Shown: positions 9,856-20,517, counted from the stretch's first letter. The stretch is DNA of 58,327 nt from a bacterium (GCA_963601995.1 CAVCIJ010000088.1:1-58327); one strand, 5' to 3'. Notes: a model not told the origin generated them from the sequence alone. A program made the numbers and translations.

Positions 9856-9926
9856 AAAATCTGTACTCTATTCTGTATCCTTTAATTTGCACATAAAACT
9901 GTATCTATATCAATGGATGCAGTTTA
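9856..9926. promoter_or_regulatory. Candidate MocR/GntR-type operator (CTGTAY repeats)
   Basis: CTGTAC 9861, CTGTAT 9873, CTGTAT 9899, inverted GGATGCAG 9915; matches the region upstream of the regulator at 54036-54071. Confidence 0.45.
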
Positions 9927-10964
9927 TTTCTGAAGACTTCCTGTATTTCGCTCCCAAAAAACACCATCTGTGTACCCTTGAATACTTTTATCTTTTTCAG
10001 CATCTTCAAGACGCTTTTCTATCCAGCCGCAATATTGTTCACTAAGTTCAATTCCACAAAAATGGCGTCCAAGTTTTTTTGCAGTAACGCTTGTTGTTCC
10101 ACTCCCTAAAAAAGGATCAAAAACAACATCACCTTTGTTGCTGGATGCTAAAATAAGTTTTGCAATAAGTTTTTCAGGCTTTTGTGTTGGATGAGCGGTA
10201 TTTTCTGCCATGCTCCAAAACGGTACAGAAATATCATCCCAAAAGTTGCTTGGACATGTGTCCCTGAATTTTCCATCTTTGCTTTCTGACCAATCTTTAG
10301 GAATACCGTTAGTTTTATAAGGAGCAATAACTTTTCTACGAATTTTTACAGCGTCAAGATTAAACGAATAGTCGTTTGTTAAAGTACAAAACCAAATATC
10401 TTCCATTGAATTTTTCCAGTTTGATTTTGCACCACGACCTTTTTCTCTTTGCCAGGTAATTCTATTCCTAACGAACAATCGTTTGTTTCTTTCAAACTCA
10501 CTCAAAACAGAAGCAATTACTATACTGCTCTTCCAATCACAGCAAATATACAAACTACCGTTCGTTCGTAAAAGTGGCAAAAGAAGAGACAACCATTCGT
10601 TAGTATAATCAGCATAAAGAAAATCTGAGGTTTGAGAAAATTTTTTGCCATCAAAAATTTTATTAAGATTATAGGGCGGATCAATAATAGCTAACTCAAA
10701 ACTACCGTTCGGAAGTTTTTTCATAATCTCAAAACTTTCTCCACAAATAGTTTTATCTTTTATTGATTCAAAATTTATTTTTCCGTCAGCTTCTGTACAA
10801 AAATCTAAGTTTTTTTCATCCCTAAAATCAAGACACTTTTTAAAATAAACAGATCCTTCTTCTATGCTCATATTAAGCGTCTTGTTAAGAGGTGACTTTA
10901 TTTTTGTTTTTTTTTCAAGTTTTTCAGAATTATCTGATTTTTTCGATTCGCTCATGTTGCTCAT
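9924..10964 (-). CDS. Site-specific DNA methyltransferase (N6-A/N4-C, beta class), orphan
   Basis: DPPY motif precedes DPFLGSGTT; HPTQKPEKLI. Start may be 10955. Confidence 0.9.
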   Translation of the reverse strand: MSNMSESKKSDNSEKLEKKTKIKSPLNKTLNMSIEEGSVYFKKCLDFRDEKNLDFCTEADGKINFESIKDKTICGESFEIMKKLPNGSFELAIIDPPYNLNKIFDGKKFSQTSDFLYADYTNEWLSLLLPLLRTNGSLYICCDWKSSIVIASVLSEFERNKRLFVRNRITWQREKGRGAKSNWKNSMEDIWFCTLTNDYSFNLDAVKIRRKVIAPYKTNGIPKDWSESKDGKFRDTCPSNFWDDISVPFWSMAENTAHPTQKPEKLIAKLILASSNKGDVVFDPFLGSGTTSVTAKKLGRHFCGIELSEQYCGWIEKRLEDAEKDKSIQGYTDGVFWERNTGSLQK

Positions 10965-11820
10965 TAAGAATATCCATTACGTGATCTATCATTGACTGCT
11001 TTGGATCTGGAGTATCAACCGGCAAAGCTGCCATAAATTCTTTTCTAAAAGACTTACATTCAATAACATCACTTGCCGCAAAAATCTGCTTATCTGGACC
11101 GACTTTATCGTTCAACATATTTTCGTCAGTAATTTCAAGAATATTTCCGTTTACGCTCACAAGAATCGCAATGTCAAAAAGCCTCAAATAACTATCAATT
11201 TCGCGAAGTCCACGTTTTGTTTCCGGATGACCAGGTCTATAACGAGTTCCAGAAGGAAATACAAGAATAACCTGTCCATTTCTCTTACAGTTATCCATTG
11301 TACGCATTGCGGCAAAATTTATTTTTTTTGCCTTCATTTCCTCAGCTTCTTTTTCGTTTTCTGAAATTGCGTTATTTATTTTTTTATCAAGACTCCTTGT
11401 AGGATAAATAACAATTCTTGTAAAACTTTCCGCAAATGCCTTAACAAAAGGATTATCTTCATTAAGTTTCATACCGGCAATTGCAACAATTCTCTTTGAT
11501 AAGTCAGCAAGCTTTTCGCTTCCAGAATGTTCAAGCATATAGCAAAACGCCGGCAAATCAGTATTCTGATAATGCTCCATCAAAATAAGTCCGTGCTTTC
11601 CCTGCAAAACCAAATCATAAAATTTTTCAAAATTCGCAATATTTTCAAGATGACTTTCCGGCAAAAGATTATCGCCTACAAGTTTATCAAGCAATTTTCT
11701 TGTATTAGGATTTCCTTCCTGATAAATATTAGTTTCATCAATTTTATCAGCAGCTACAGACATTTTTTCAAGCTGATCAAAATATTTTCCATAAGCTTCA
11801 ATTAGTGGTTTCTTTTCCAT
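10930..11820 (-). CDS. Glycerol-3-phosphate/lysophospholipid acyltransferase (PlsC superfamily)
   Basis: HYQNTD (HX4D) and VFPSGTRYR motifs. Confidence 0.85.
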   Translation of the reverse strand: MEKKPLIEAYGKYFDQLEKMSVAADKIDETNIYQEGNPNTRKLLDKLVGDNLLPESHLENIANFEKFYDLVLQGKHGLILMEHYQNTDLPAFCYMLEHSGSEKLADLSKRIVAIAGMKLNEDNPFVKAFAESFTRIVIYPTRSLDKKINNAISENEKEAEEMKAKKINFAAMRTMDNCKRNGQVILVFPSGTRYRPGHPETKRGLREIDSYLRLFDIAILVSVNGNILEITDENMLNDKVGPDKQIFAASDVIECKSFRKEFMAALPVDTPDPKQSMIDHVMDILNEQHERIEKIR

Positions 11821-12068
11821 TTCTTACACTCCAAAAAAATATAAATTTTTTCCCACATATTTTAAATTTCTATATTATTGATGTCAACCGAGCCAAAAAT
11901 CATCCTATAGTTTGATTTTAGAATTTGTAAAATTCGGCAATATCTTTTTTATATAAAGCTTTTTTCCCATTTGTCTAAAACACTTTCGCTTTTCAATATA
12001 AAAAAATTTACGTATAATGCTTTTGTTGTATTTCTATTATAGAAATCACAGCAAGGGGTATCGCAAAA

Positions 12069-13424
12069 ATGGAATTTAAGATTACTAATGCTTATTGTAA
12101 ACGTGTTTGGGATGACATTTCTGTTCGCTATGCAGATCAGGGTCACTTTCTTCAGGCTGCAGGACTTGTTCTTGAAACAATTTGTCCTATTGTAGACGTA
12201 ATGCCAGGTTTGGAAGAAAATGCTGTTTTGGAGCGCTTCGTTGAACCAGAACGCATTATTATGTTCAGAGTTCCTTGGACAGATGATCAGGGAAAACCTC
12301 ATGTAAACCGCGGATATCGTGTTCAGTTTAACAGTGCAATTGGTCCTTACAAAGGAGGACTTCGCTTTTCTCCAGAAGTTGGTCTTGATGTTTTAAAATT
12401 CCTTGGATTTGAACAGGTTCTTAAAAATTCTCTTACAACACTTCCAATGGGCGGTGGAAAAGGTGGTTCTGATTTTGATGCTCATGGAAAAAGCGATGCT
12501 GAAGTTATGAGATTCTGCCAGTCGTTTATTACAGAACTTTATCGCCATATTGGCGCAGACACAGACGTTCCTGCTGGAGACAAAGGCGTTGGCGGAAGAG
12601 AAGTTGCATATATGTTCGGTCAGTACAAGAGAATTACAAATCAGTACACAGGCGTTCTTACAGGAAAAGGGCTTGCATTTGGTGGTTCTTTGGCACGCAC
12701 AGAGGCTACAGGATACGGACTTATTTACTTTGTTGAAAGTATGCTTGCTAAAAAGAATGATAATTTCAACGGAAAAACAGTTCTTATTTCTGGAGACGGA
12801 AACGTTGCTGAATATGCCTGCGAAAAAGTAACTCAGCTTGGTGCAAAAGTTATTACACTTTCTGACTCAACAGGATACATTCTTGATGAAGACGGAATCG
12901 ATGCTGAAAAACTTGAATTTGTAAAGGAATTCCGTGCTGCTCACAAAAAAATTGATGAATATGTTAAAAAATATCCAAAGGCAAAATTCTTCAAAGGAGA
13001 AAAACCTTGGGGTGTTAAAGCAGACATCGCTCTTCCTTGCGCAACACAAGATGAAATTTATCTTGAAGATGCACAAAAACTTGTTGCAAACGGCATAAAA
13101 CTTGTTGCTGAAGGTGCAAATATGCCAACACGTGCAGAAGCAATCAAATACTTCCAGGACAATAAAGTTCTTTTTGCACCAGGAAAAGCTTCTAATGCCG
13201 GTGGAGTTGCAGTTAGCGGACTCGAAATGAGCCAGAACTCTGAGCGTCTCTCTTGGTCTTTTGAGGAAGTTGATACAAAACTCAAGGGAATTATGAAGAA
13301 TATTCACGACAATGCTTACGAAACTGCTAAAAAATACGCAACAGAAGGCGATTACGTTGCCGGTGCAAATATGGCAGGATTTGTAAAAGTTGCTCAGGCA
13401 ATGATTGCACAGGGATTAGTTTGA
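12069..13424 (+). CDS. gdhA: NADP-specific glutamate dehydrogenase
   Basis: GPYKGGLRF, LPMGGGKGG, DVPAGD, EGANMP motifs. Confidence 0.97.
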   Translation: MEFKITNAYCKRVWDDISVRYADQGHFLQAAGLVLETICPIVDVMPGLEENAVLERFVEPERIIMFRVPWTDDQGKPHVNRGYRVQFNSAIGPYKGGLRFSPEVGLDVLKFLGFEQVLKNSLTTLPMGGGKGGSDFDAHGKSDAEVMRFCQSFITELYRHIGADTDVPAGDKGVGGREVAYMFGQYKRITNQYTGVLTGKGLAFGGSLARTEATGYGLIYFVESMLAKKNDNFNGKTVLISGDGNVAEYACEKVTQLGAKVITLSDSTGYILDEDGIDAEKLEFVKEFRAAHKKIDEYVKKYPKAKFFKGEKPWGVKADIALPCATQDEIYLEDAQKLVANGIKLVAEGANMPTRAEAIKYFQDNKVLFAPGKASNAGGVAVSGLEMSQNSERLSWSFEEVDTKLKGIMKNIHDNAYETAKKYATEGDYVAGANMAGFVKVAQAMIAQGLV

Positions 13425-13475
13425 TTTTTATAAAAAGATTCTTTCAGTCAGAATCATAAATTAAAGATAATCTCT

Positions 13476-13517
13476 AAAAAAAAGAGTCAGTTTCGCAAAT
13501 GGAGCTGACTCTTTTTT
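13476..13517. terminator. Bidirectional intrinsic terminator
   Basis: A-run, gagtcagtttc/ggagctgactc stem, T-run, between convergent genes. Confidence 0.8.
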
Positions 13518-13531
13518 ATTAAAAAATGATT

Positions 13532-15250
13532 TTAATTTTTCTTATTTTTTTTTGATCTTAAATCATAAAGATAACGCTTTATTTTTTGACTTGCAGTCTT
13601 CTCAAATTCATCAACTTTTTCTATGCGCGCAATTCTTGAATTCTTATTTACACGACTGTTCACAAAAAATTGAATTTCACCAAGAATCTGCTGATTTTGA
13701 TACTGAACATCACGCACAAATTCTTCAGTAATTTCTTTTAAATTAGGAAACTTCAATCTTGTACGTTTTTCTGCTTCGTTTTTAACTTTTTCCTCATCAA
13801 CTTTTACAAGAGCAACTAAACCGTTGTCATCTTCAACAATCAAGGATTCTGAAACAAGATTATTCTGATTAAGAACAAATTCAATATCTTCAGGATAAAT
13901 ATTTTCTCCGCTCGGTCCCAAAATCATATTTTTGCAACGGCCTTTTAAACTGATATAAATCTGCCCATGATTTTTAGTAAACAAACCTAAATCTCCAGTT
14001 TTAAAATATCCTGCACCGCATTCATCTTTTTCAGTTGTAAAAGCATTTTTTGTAAGTTCTTCATCTTTGTAATAACCTTTCATAACGCCAGGACTTTTTA
14101 CAACAATTTCACCGATTCCTTTAGAATTTTTATTTATAAGACGCATATCAACTTCTGGAACAACTGGACCGATTGTTCCTGGAACTGTATTTTTTACACC
14201 GCTTCCAGCAAGTAAAGGTGATGTTTCAGTAAGACCATATCCAATCGCATAAGGAAATTTTGCATCTTTCATAAAATGCTCTATTTTTGGATCAATTTTT
14301 GCACCACCAATTCCAAAGAAAACAATATGTCCGCCAAAAGCCTTTTTTACACTGCGACCAGCAATTTTATTCATTCTTTTATGAATTAGTGGAAGTTTAT
14401 AAAGGAATTTTAAGAAAGAATTTTTTTCAATACCTGGCAAAACTTTATTTTTGTAAATTTTTTCCATAATCAGCGGAACCGAAAGAACTATTGTTGGATT
14501 AACTTTTGCAAAAGCCTGCATCAAAACACTTACAACCGGTGGTTTTCCAAGATAATAAACACAGCTTCCGTTTAGCATCTGCATTGTAAATCCGATTGTA
14601 AATTCATAAACATGAGACAAAGGCAAAAAAGAAAGGCATCTGTCCATTTTGTTTACACGATGACACCATTGGCATATAATTGCGTTCCAAATCAAATTTT
14701 TTTGACTAAGTTCAACGCCTTTTGAACGACCTGTAGTTCCTGAAGTATAAATGATTGAAGCTGTATCTTCTTCGTTTATTTCAAAATCTGGCAAATCTAA
14801 AACATCTTTTACAGGATTTCCATTTATTATGCTAAAATCTTCAATTTTCAAAACAACAGGCGGAAGTTTTTTATCAAGTTTTTTGATTTTTTCATAAAGC
14901 CTGCTTTCCACAAACATTGCGTCTACTCCGCAGTGGCTTAAAATTGATTCAACTTCTGTATCAGAAAAATCTGGTAAAAGAGGAACCGCAATCATTCCAC
15001 TATTTACAATTGCAAAATATGAAATTCCCCATTCCGGACGTCCTGTAGCAAAAATAGCAACTTTATTTTTAGGTTGCAGCCCTAAAGATAAAAGAAGCTT
15101 TTGAATTTGCTGAATTCTTTCATTTAATTCGTTATAAGTAATTTCTTTTTGCCCAACTAACGCAAGTGCCGGTCTACTGCCAAATTTTTTTATGCTATTT
15201 TTTAGCAATGCTTTAAAAGTATATTTTCCTAAATCTTCAATCAATTCCAT
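13532..15250 (-). CDS. Long-chain fatty-acid--CoA ligase (AMP-binding)
   Basis: YTSGTTGRSKG, GYGLTET, FKTGDLG, SGENIYPE. Confidence 0.9.
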   Translation of the reverse strand: MELIEDLGKYTFKALLKNSIKKFGSRPALALVGQKEITYNELNERIQQIQKLLLSLGLQPKNKVAIFATGRPEWGISYFAIVNSGMIAVPLLPDFSDTEVESILSHCGVDAMFVESRLYEKIKKLDKKLPPVVLKIEDFSIINGNPVKDVLDLPDFEINEEDTASIIYTSGTTGRSKGVELSQKNLIWNAIICQWCHRVNKMDRCLSFLPLSHVYEFTIGFTMQMLNGSCVYYLGKPPVVSVLMQAFAKVNPTIVLSVPLIMEKIYKNKVLPGIEKNSFLKFLYKLPLIHKRMNKIAGRSVKKAFGGHIVFFGIGGAKIDPKIEHFMKDAKFPYAIGYGLTETSPLLAGSGVKNTVPGTIGPVVPEVDMRLINKNSKGIGEIVVKSPGVMKGYYKDEELTKNAFTTEKDECGAGYFKTGDLGLFTKNHGQIYISLKGRCKNMILGPSGENIYPEDIEFVLNQNNLVSESLIVEDDNGLVALVKVDEEKVKNEAEKRTRLKFPNLKEITEEFVRDVQYQNQQILGEIQFFVNSRVNKNSRIARIEKVDEFEKTASQKIKRYLYDLRSKKNKKN

Positions 15251-15508
15251 TTTGTCTCTCCGCTTGAATATAAAACCTCTCTAAAAATCATAATTTTAGA
15301 TTTTCAGTGTTCTTAAAAAAAAATTAAAAATAGACTTTTTGAACTGACTTTTTATTATATATCAAAAATACAAATAATTTTATAAAATTACGCTCTAAAT
15401 AAAAAAAAATTACTAATACAAAAAAAGACCTTCGTTCTTGAAAAAAACAAAGGTCTAATTAAAAAGCATAGAAAAACATTGCACAAATAAATATTAAAAA
15501 GCTCAGTA

Positions 15509-16051
15509 TTAAAACAAAAAGCGAACTCCTGAACCAACAATCATTCCTGCACCAGTATTGTTTGGAAATTCTCCGTCAATTCCAAATTTTATGGGAATCG
15601 AAACGTGCTCAAAAAAATCAAATTCAAAAGTAAAGCCAAGTGCTAAAAGAACATTATGATAGAACTGAATATTTTCATATTTGCCTGCTGTCGAATTCCA
15701 CGAAGAGCTTTTAGAAAAACCATGATATCCACCTTCAAAAAAGGCATAAAGTCTCGTTGCAGAATAATCTCTTATTCTTGTCTTAAAAAGCTGGAAATCA
15801 ACTTCAGCATTTACACTTGCATAAAAAGCCTGATATGAATCTTTTAAATAACTAAGCATTCCTTCTGCAGAAAATCCTACCACATCATTAAACCAATGCT
15901 GATACTGAATTCCATAGTTATTTATGACTTCGCCACCTAAGCCGTAAAATCCAATAGCATTGTTATAATCTATAGGATTTGCAGAAAGTTTTGTACAAGA
16001 AAATCCTAAAATCAAAAATACTGCCGCAAATAAAAACTTTAACTTTTTCAT
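15509..16051 (-). CDS. Probable small outer-membrane beta-barrel protein
   Basis: N-terminal signal; amphipathic strands; C-terminal GVRFLF (terminal Phe). Confidence 0.65.
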   Translation of the reverse strand: MKKLKFLFAAVFLILGFSCTKLSANPIDYNNAIGFYGLGGEVINNYGIQYQHWFNDVVGFSAEGMLSYLKDSYQAFYASVNAEVDFQLFKTRIRDYSATRLYAFFEGGYHGFSKSSSWNSTAGKYENIQFYHNVLLALGFTFEFDFFEHVSIPIKFGIDGEFPNNTGAGMIVGSGVRFLF

Positions 16052-16175
16052 AAATTTTCCTATCTCCTTTTGAAAAAGATTTTTTTATTAACGGCAAACT
16101 TAAAAAAAAACATCAAGTCAATGCCGCTAGCGGAATTTTACAATAGCATAATTGAAAACACAAACTTTTATTTTA

Positions 16176-16207
16176 GGAGTCTCTAAAAATCGCAATTTAG
16201 AAACTTC
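16176..16207. repeat. Short palindromic REP-like repeat, copy 2
   Basis: ggagtctctaaaaatcgcaatttagaaacttc just past the carB stop. Confidence 0.55.
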
Positions 16208-16212
16208 TTTGT

Positions 16213-19200
16213 TTAGATTTCAACTTCTCCTTCAAAGCAAAGCAAAGTATTTCCTGTAAGATAAACTGTTTTTCCTGTATATTTTACAATCAACTGTCCA
16301 CCGCGAACTTTTACAGTTATATTTTGATTTAAAGGACAATATCCGTTTAAAACTGCCGCAACTGTTGCTGCACAAGCTCCTGTTCCGCACGCGAGCGTTT
16401 CTCCATTTCCTCTTTCCCAAGTACGCATTTTTAATTCGTTAGGACCAACAACACGCACAAATTCTGTATTAGTTCTTTCCGGGAAAACTTTATGATATTC
16501 AATTTTTGGTCCGTCAGTTGTAACAGACTCTTTATCAACAAATTTGCTGAAAATAACACAATGCGGATTTCCCATTCCAATACAATTTACTTTATAAGTT
16601 TTTTCGTCAACTTTTAAAGACTGATTTATTACAGCTTCAGTTGGAAGCCCTTCACCCTGAACAGTAAGTTTTTCGGTTTTTAAACTTACCGGCAAAGAAT
16701 CAGGCGTAAATGACGGACTTCCCATATCAACTGTAACTGAACTTACTTTTCCATTCTGCTTGTAAAGAACGAGCGTTTTTACGCCAGCTTCAGTTTCAAT
16801 TGTAATAGTTTCTGTGTTATCTGTTTTTTTACCATATTTTTCGCAAATTCCTTTTATATTGTTATCATACAGATATTTTCCTACACAGCGAATTGCATTT
16901 CCTGCCATTTTTCCTTCAGAACCATCAAGATTAAAAAATCGCATTTTTGCATCGGCCACAGAAGATTCTTCTATAAGGACAAGTGAATCTGCTCCAATTC
17001 CATTGTTTCTTCTGTCGCAAAGCCTAACTGCAAGTCCTGCAGGATTTGTAATTTCCTGGTTCATTCCGTTAATCACAATAAAATCATTTCCAGTAGAATT
17101 CATTTTACAGAATTTGATTTTTTGCTTTGTTTCGCGCAAACGATTTATATCAACAAGTTCAACATTTTCAGCAGAATATTTTGACTTTAAACAGTTTGCA
17201 ATCGCATTTGCTGTATCAATTGCAGTCAAACAAGGAATATCGCGTTCAACTGCATGGCGGCGCATTTTTACAGAATCTGCACGCGGATCGCGTCCCTTTG
17301 CTGACGTAGAAATTACATAGTCAATTTTTCCAGAATCAAGCAATGTCAAAAGATTGTCATTCGGATTTTCGTGAATTTTATTTACAACTTCAACTTCCAT
17401 TCCAAAATCACGCAAAGTTTCAGCATTTCCTTCTGTAGCATAAAGTTTGAATCCCATATCGTAAAATTTTCTTGCTAAATCAGGAAGTTCATAGCGATCA
17501 GTTTTTCTTACGCTGAATAAAACTCCGCCACTTCTTTTCATATTGTAGCCGGCGCCAATCAAACCTTTAAAAATAGCTTCTTCCATTGTTGAAGCAATTC
17601 CTAAAACTTCTCCAGTAGACTTCATTTCCGGTCCAAGATGAGTATCAACGTCCATAAGTTTTTCAAAACTGAAAACTGGAACTTTCACTGCAAAATACGG
17701 CGGTACACGGTAAAGTCCTGTTCCATAGCCAAAATCTTTTAATTTTTCGCCAAGCATTGCACGCACAGCCAAATCAACCATAGGAACGCCAGAAACCTTA
17801 CTGATATAAGGAACGGTACGGCTGGAACGAGGATTTACTTCAATAATGTACAAATCATTGTTGTAAATAAGATACTGAATATTTACTAAACCTTTTGTTC
17901 CTAAAGCAAGTGCAAGTTCACGACTTTGATTTATGATCTTTTCACGAAGAATATCGTTTAAATTCCAACTTGGATAAACTGCAATAGAATCTCCAGAATG
18001 AATTCCAGTTCTTTCAATATGTTCCATAATTCCTGGAATTAAAATATCTTTTCCATCACAAATTGCATCAACTTCAAGTTCTGTTCCCATCATATATTGG
18101 TCAATAAGAACAGGATTTTCGATTCCCTGCGCAAGAATTATTTTCATATATTCATGAACATCAGCATCATTAAACGCAATAATCATATTCTGTCCGCCCA
18201 AAACATAACTTGGACGTAAAAGAACTGGATAAGCTAAATCATGAGCAGCATCAATCGCTTCTTTTTCTGTAAATACAGTAAGACCACGAGGACGATTTAT
18301 ATTAAGTTTTGCACAAAGTTCTTCAAAACGCTCTCTATCCTCAGCTAAATCGATAGAATCTGCACTCGTTCCCAAAATACGAATTCCCTGCGAATCAAGA
18401 AATTTTGTAAGTTTAATCGCCGTTTGTCCGCCAAAAGCAACAACAACTCCAATCGGCTGCTCTGTATTTATAACACCCATAACATCTTCTGGAGTAAGCG
18501 GTTCAAAATACAATCTATCGGAAGTATCAAAATCTGTAGAAACTGTTTCAGGATTATTATTGATTGTTACAACATCGTAGCCAAGTTTTTTAAGAGACCA
18601 AACACACTGAACTGAAGCATAGTCAAATTCAATTCCCTGACCAATTCTAATCGGCCCTGAACCTAATACAATAATTGTTCCCTTAGACGACTTTTTACCT
18701 TTTTTCTCTCTTTCTTCAAGAAATTCTTTAGCTTCGTTTTCGCTGTTGCAACCACCGTAGAAATATGGAGTTTCTGCATTAAATTCACCGGCGCAAGTAT
18801 CAACCATTTTATATGTTGCAGGAATATGAGCAAGTTTTCCTTGAGAAACAAGTTTTGCAGCCATTTTTGATTCTTTTAGAATTCCTGTTGAACCAGGAAT
18901 TTTTACGCCAGAAATATTTTCAATCACTTTATCCGGATAACCATAAGCTTTGGCAGCCTTATAAAGCTCTGTAGAAAGTTCTGTACCAGTTTCTTTTATA
19001 CGAAGGAATTCTCTTTCCATCTTTGCAAGATTCTCAAGATGAGCAAGAAACCAAATATCAATTTTTGTAATACTATTGATTTCTTCAATAGACATAATTT
19101 CACGCTTAATTGCCTGGAAAATCGCAAAAATTCTTTGGTCAGTACATTCGCCAATTCTACGCCTTATGTTCTCGTCGCTTTCTTCTTCAAAAACAGGCAA

Positions 19201-20427
19201 ATTCAATGAATTTACACCAACTTCTGCACCACGCACCGCTTTCATAATCGCTGTTTCAAAATTATGACCAATCGCCATAACTTCGCCGGTTGCTTTCATC
19301 TGCGTTCCAAGTTTCCTTGAAGCATACACAAATTTATCAAAAGGAAATTTCGGCATTTTTACAACAACATAATCCAAAACAGGCTCAAAGCAAGCCGCAG
19401 TCTTTTTAGTAACAGCATTTGGAATTTCATCAAGCGTATATCCAATCGCAATTAAAGTTGCAACTTTTGCAATCGGATAACCAGTTGCCTTTGAAGCAAG
19501 CGCAGACGAACGGCTTACACGAGGATTTACTTCAATAACAGCGTATTCAAAACTATCTGGTTTTAAAGCGAACTGACAGTTACAACCGCCTTCCATTCCT
19601 AAAGAAGAAATTATATTAAGAGCTGCAGAACGCAACATCTGATATTCTTTATCACTTAAAGTTACAGCAGGAGCAATAACAATAGAATCTCCTGTGTGAA
19701 CACCAACCGGATCAAAATTTTCCATTGAACAAACAGTAAGCACATTTCCAACACTGTCTCTCATAACTTCAAATTCAATTTCTTTCCAACCGGAAATACA
19801 TTTTTCAACAAGAATCTGATGAATTGGAGAGCGATGCAAACCATTGTGTGCAATTTCATCAAGTTCTTCATCATTGTTTACAATTCCGCCTCCAGTTCCA
19901 CCAAGAGTAAAAGCCGGACGAATAATTGCTGGAAATCCGATTTTATTGTGAACAAAGTCAACTGCATCTTCGTAAGTTGTAACAACTTTTGAAGGAATAC
20001 AAGGCTCACCTATTGATTCCATTGTATCCTTAAACATCTGGCGGTCTTCTGCCTTATCAATGGTCTCTGGTTTTGCCCCCAAAAGCCTTACATTATGCTC
20101 TTCTAAAAATCCTGACTTCGCAAGTTCCATACAAAGAGTTAATCCAGTTTGTCCGCCAAGAGAAGATAAAATTGAATCAGGTTTTTCTTTTTCAATGATA
20201 CGCTGAATTGTTTCTGGAATAAGAGGCTCAATATAAATATGATCTGCCATTGCGTGATCGGTCATCAAAGTTGCCGGATTTGAATTTACAAGCACAACTT
20301 CAAGTCCCTGCTCTTTTAAAGCCTTGCAGGCCTGACTTCCCGCATAGTCAAATTCCGCAGCCTGACCAATAATAATAGGTCCTGAACCAATCACCATAAC
20401 TTTGTGAATTTCTGGATTTAATGGCAT
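16213..20427 (-). CDS. carB: Carbamoyl-phosphate synthase large subunit fused to a C-terminal DapF-like domain
   Basis: GSGPIIIGQAAEFDY; two ATP-grasp halves; MGS domain; then KMNSTGNDF...GIGAD...MGNPH...ETLACGTG. ATG at 20427 has a GGAG RBS. Confidence 0.95.
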   Translation of the reverse strand: MPLNPEIHKVMVIGSGPIIIGQAAEFDYAGSQACKALKEQGLEVVLVNSNPATLMTDHAMADHIYIEPLIPETIQRIIEKEKPDSILSSLGGQTGLTLCMELAKSGFLEEHNVRLLGAKPETIDKAEDRQMFKDTMESIGEPCIPSKVVTTYEDAVDFVHNKIGFPAIIRPAFTLGGTGGGIVNNDEELDEIAHNGLHRSPIHQILVEKCISGWKEIEFEVMRDSVGNVLTVCSMENFDPVGVHTGDSIVIAPAVTLSDKEYQMLRSAALNIISSLGMEGGCNCQFALKPDSFEYAVIEVNPRVSRSSALASKATGYPIAKVATLIAIGYTLDEIPNAVTKKTAACFEPVLDYVVVKMPKFPFDKFVYASRKLGTQMKATGEVMAIGHNFETAIMKAVRGAEVGVNSLNLPVFEEESDENIRRRIGECTDQRIFAIFQAIKREIMSIEEINSITKIDIWFLAHLENLAKMEREFLRIKETGTELSTELYKAAKAYGYPDKVIENISGVKIPGSTGILKESKMAAKLVSQGKLAHIPATYKMVDTCAGEFNAETPYFYGGCNSENEAKEFLEEREKKGKKSSKGTIIVLGSGPIRIGQGIEFDYASVQCVWSLKKLGYDVVTINNNPETVSTDFDTSDRLYFEPLTPEDVMGVINTEQPIGVVVAFGGQTAIKLTKFLDSQGIRILGTSADSIDLAEDRERFEELCAKLNINRPRGLTVFTEKEAIDAAHDLAYPVLLRPSYVLGGQNMIIAFNDADVHEYMKIILAQGIENPVLIDQYMMGTELEVDAICDGKDILIPGIMEHIERTGIHSGDSIAVYPSWNLNDILREKIINQSRELALALGTKGLVNIQYLIYNNDLYIIEVNPRSSRTVPYISKVSGVPMVDLAVRAMLGEKLKDFGYGTGLYRVPPYFAVKVPVFSFEKLMDVDTHLGPEMKSTGEVLGIASTMEEAIFKGLIGAGYNMKRSGGVLFSVRKTDRYELPDLARKFYDMGFKLYATEGNAETLRDFGMEVEVVNKIHENPNDNLLTLLDSGKIDYVISTSAKGRDPRADSVKMRRHAVERDIPCLTAIDTANAIANCLKSKYSAENVELVDINRLRETKQKIKFCKMNSTGNDFIVINGMNQEITNPAGLAVRLCDRRNNGIGADSLVLIEESSVADAKMRFFNLDGSEGKMAGNAIRCVGKYLYDNNIKGICEKYGKKTDNTETITIETEAGVKTLVLYKQNGKVSSVTVDMGSPSFTPDSLPVSLKTEKLTVQGEGLPTEAVINQSLKVDEKTYKVNCIGMGNPHCVIFSKFVDKESVTTDGPKIEYHKVFPERTNTEFVRVVGPNELKMRTWERGNGETLACGTGACAATVAAVLNGYCPLNQNITVKVRGGQLIVKYTGKTVYLTGNTLLCFEGEVEI

Positions 20428-20517
20428 TTTTTTCTCCAAATTTAAATTTTTATTTTACGATATAAATTTTTTATAAAAAAAGCGTTGATTCATTATTTAA
20501 AACCAACGCATCTAAAA

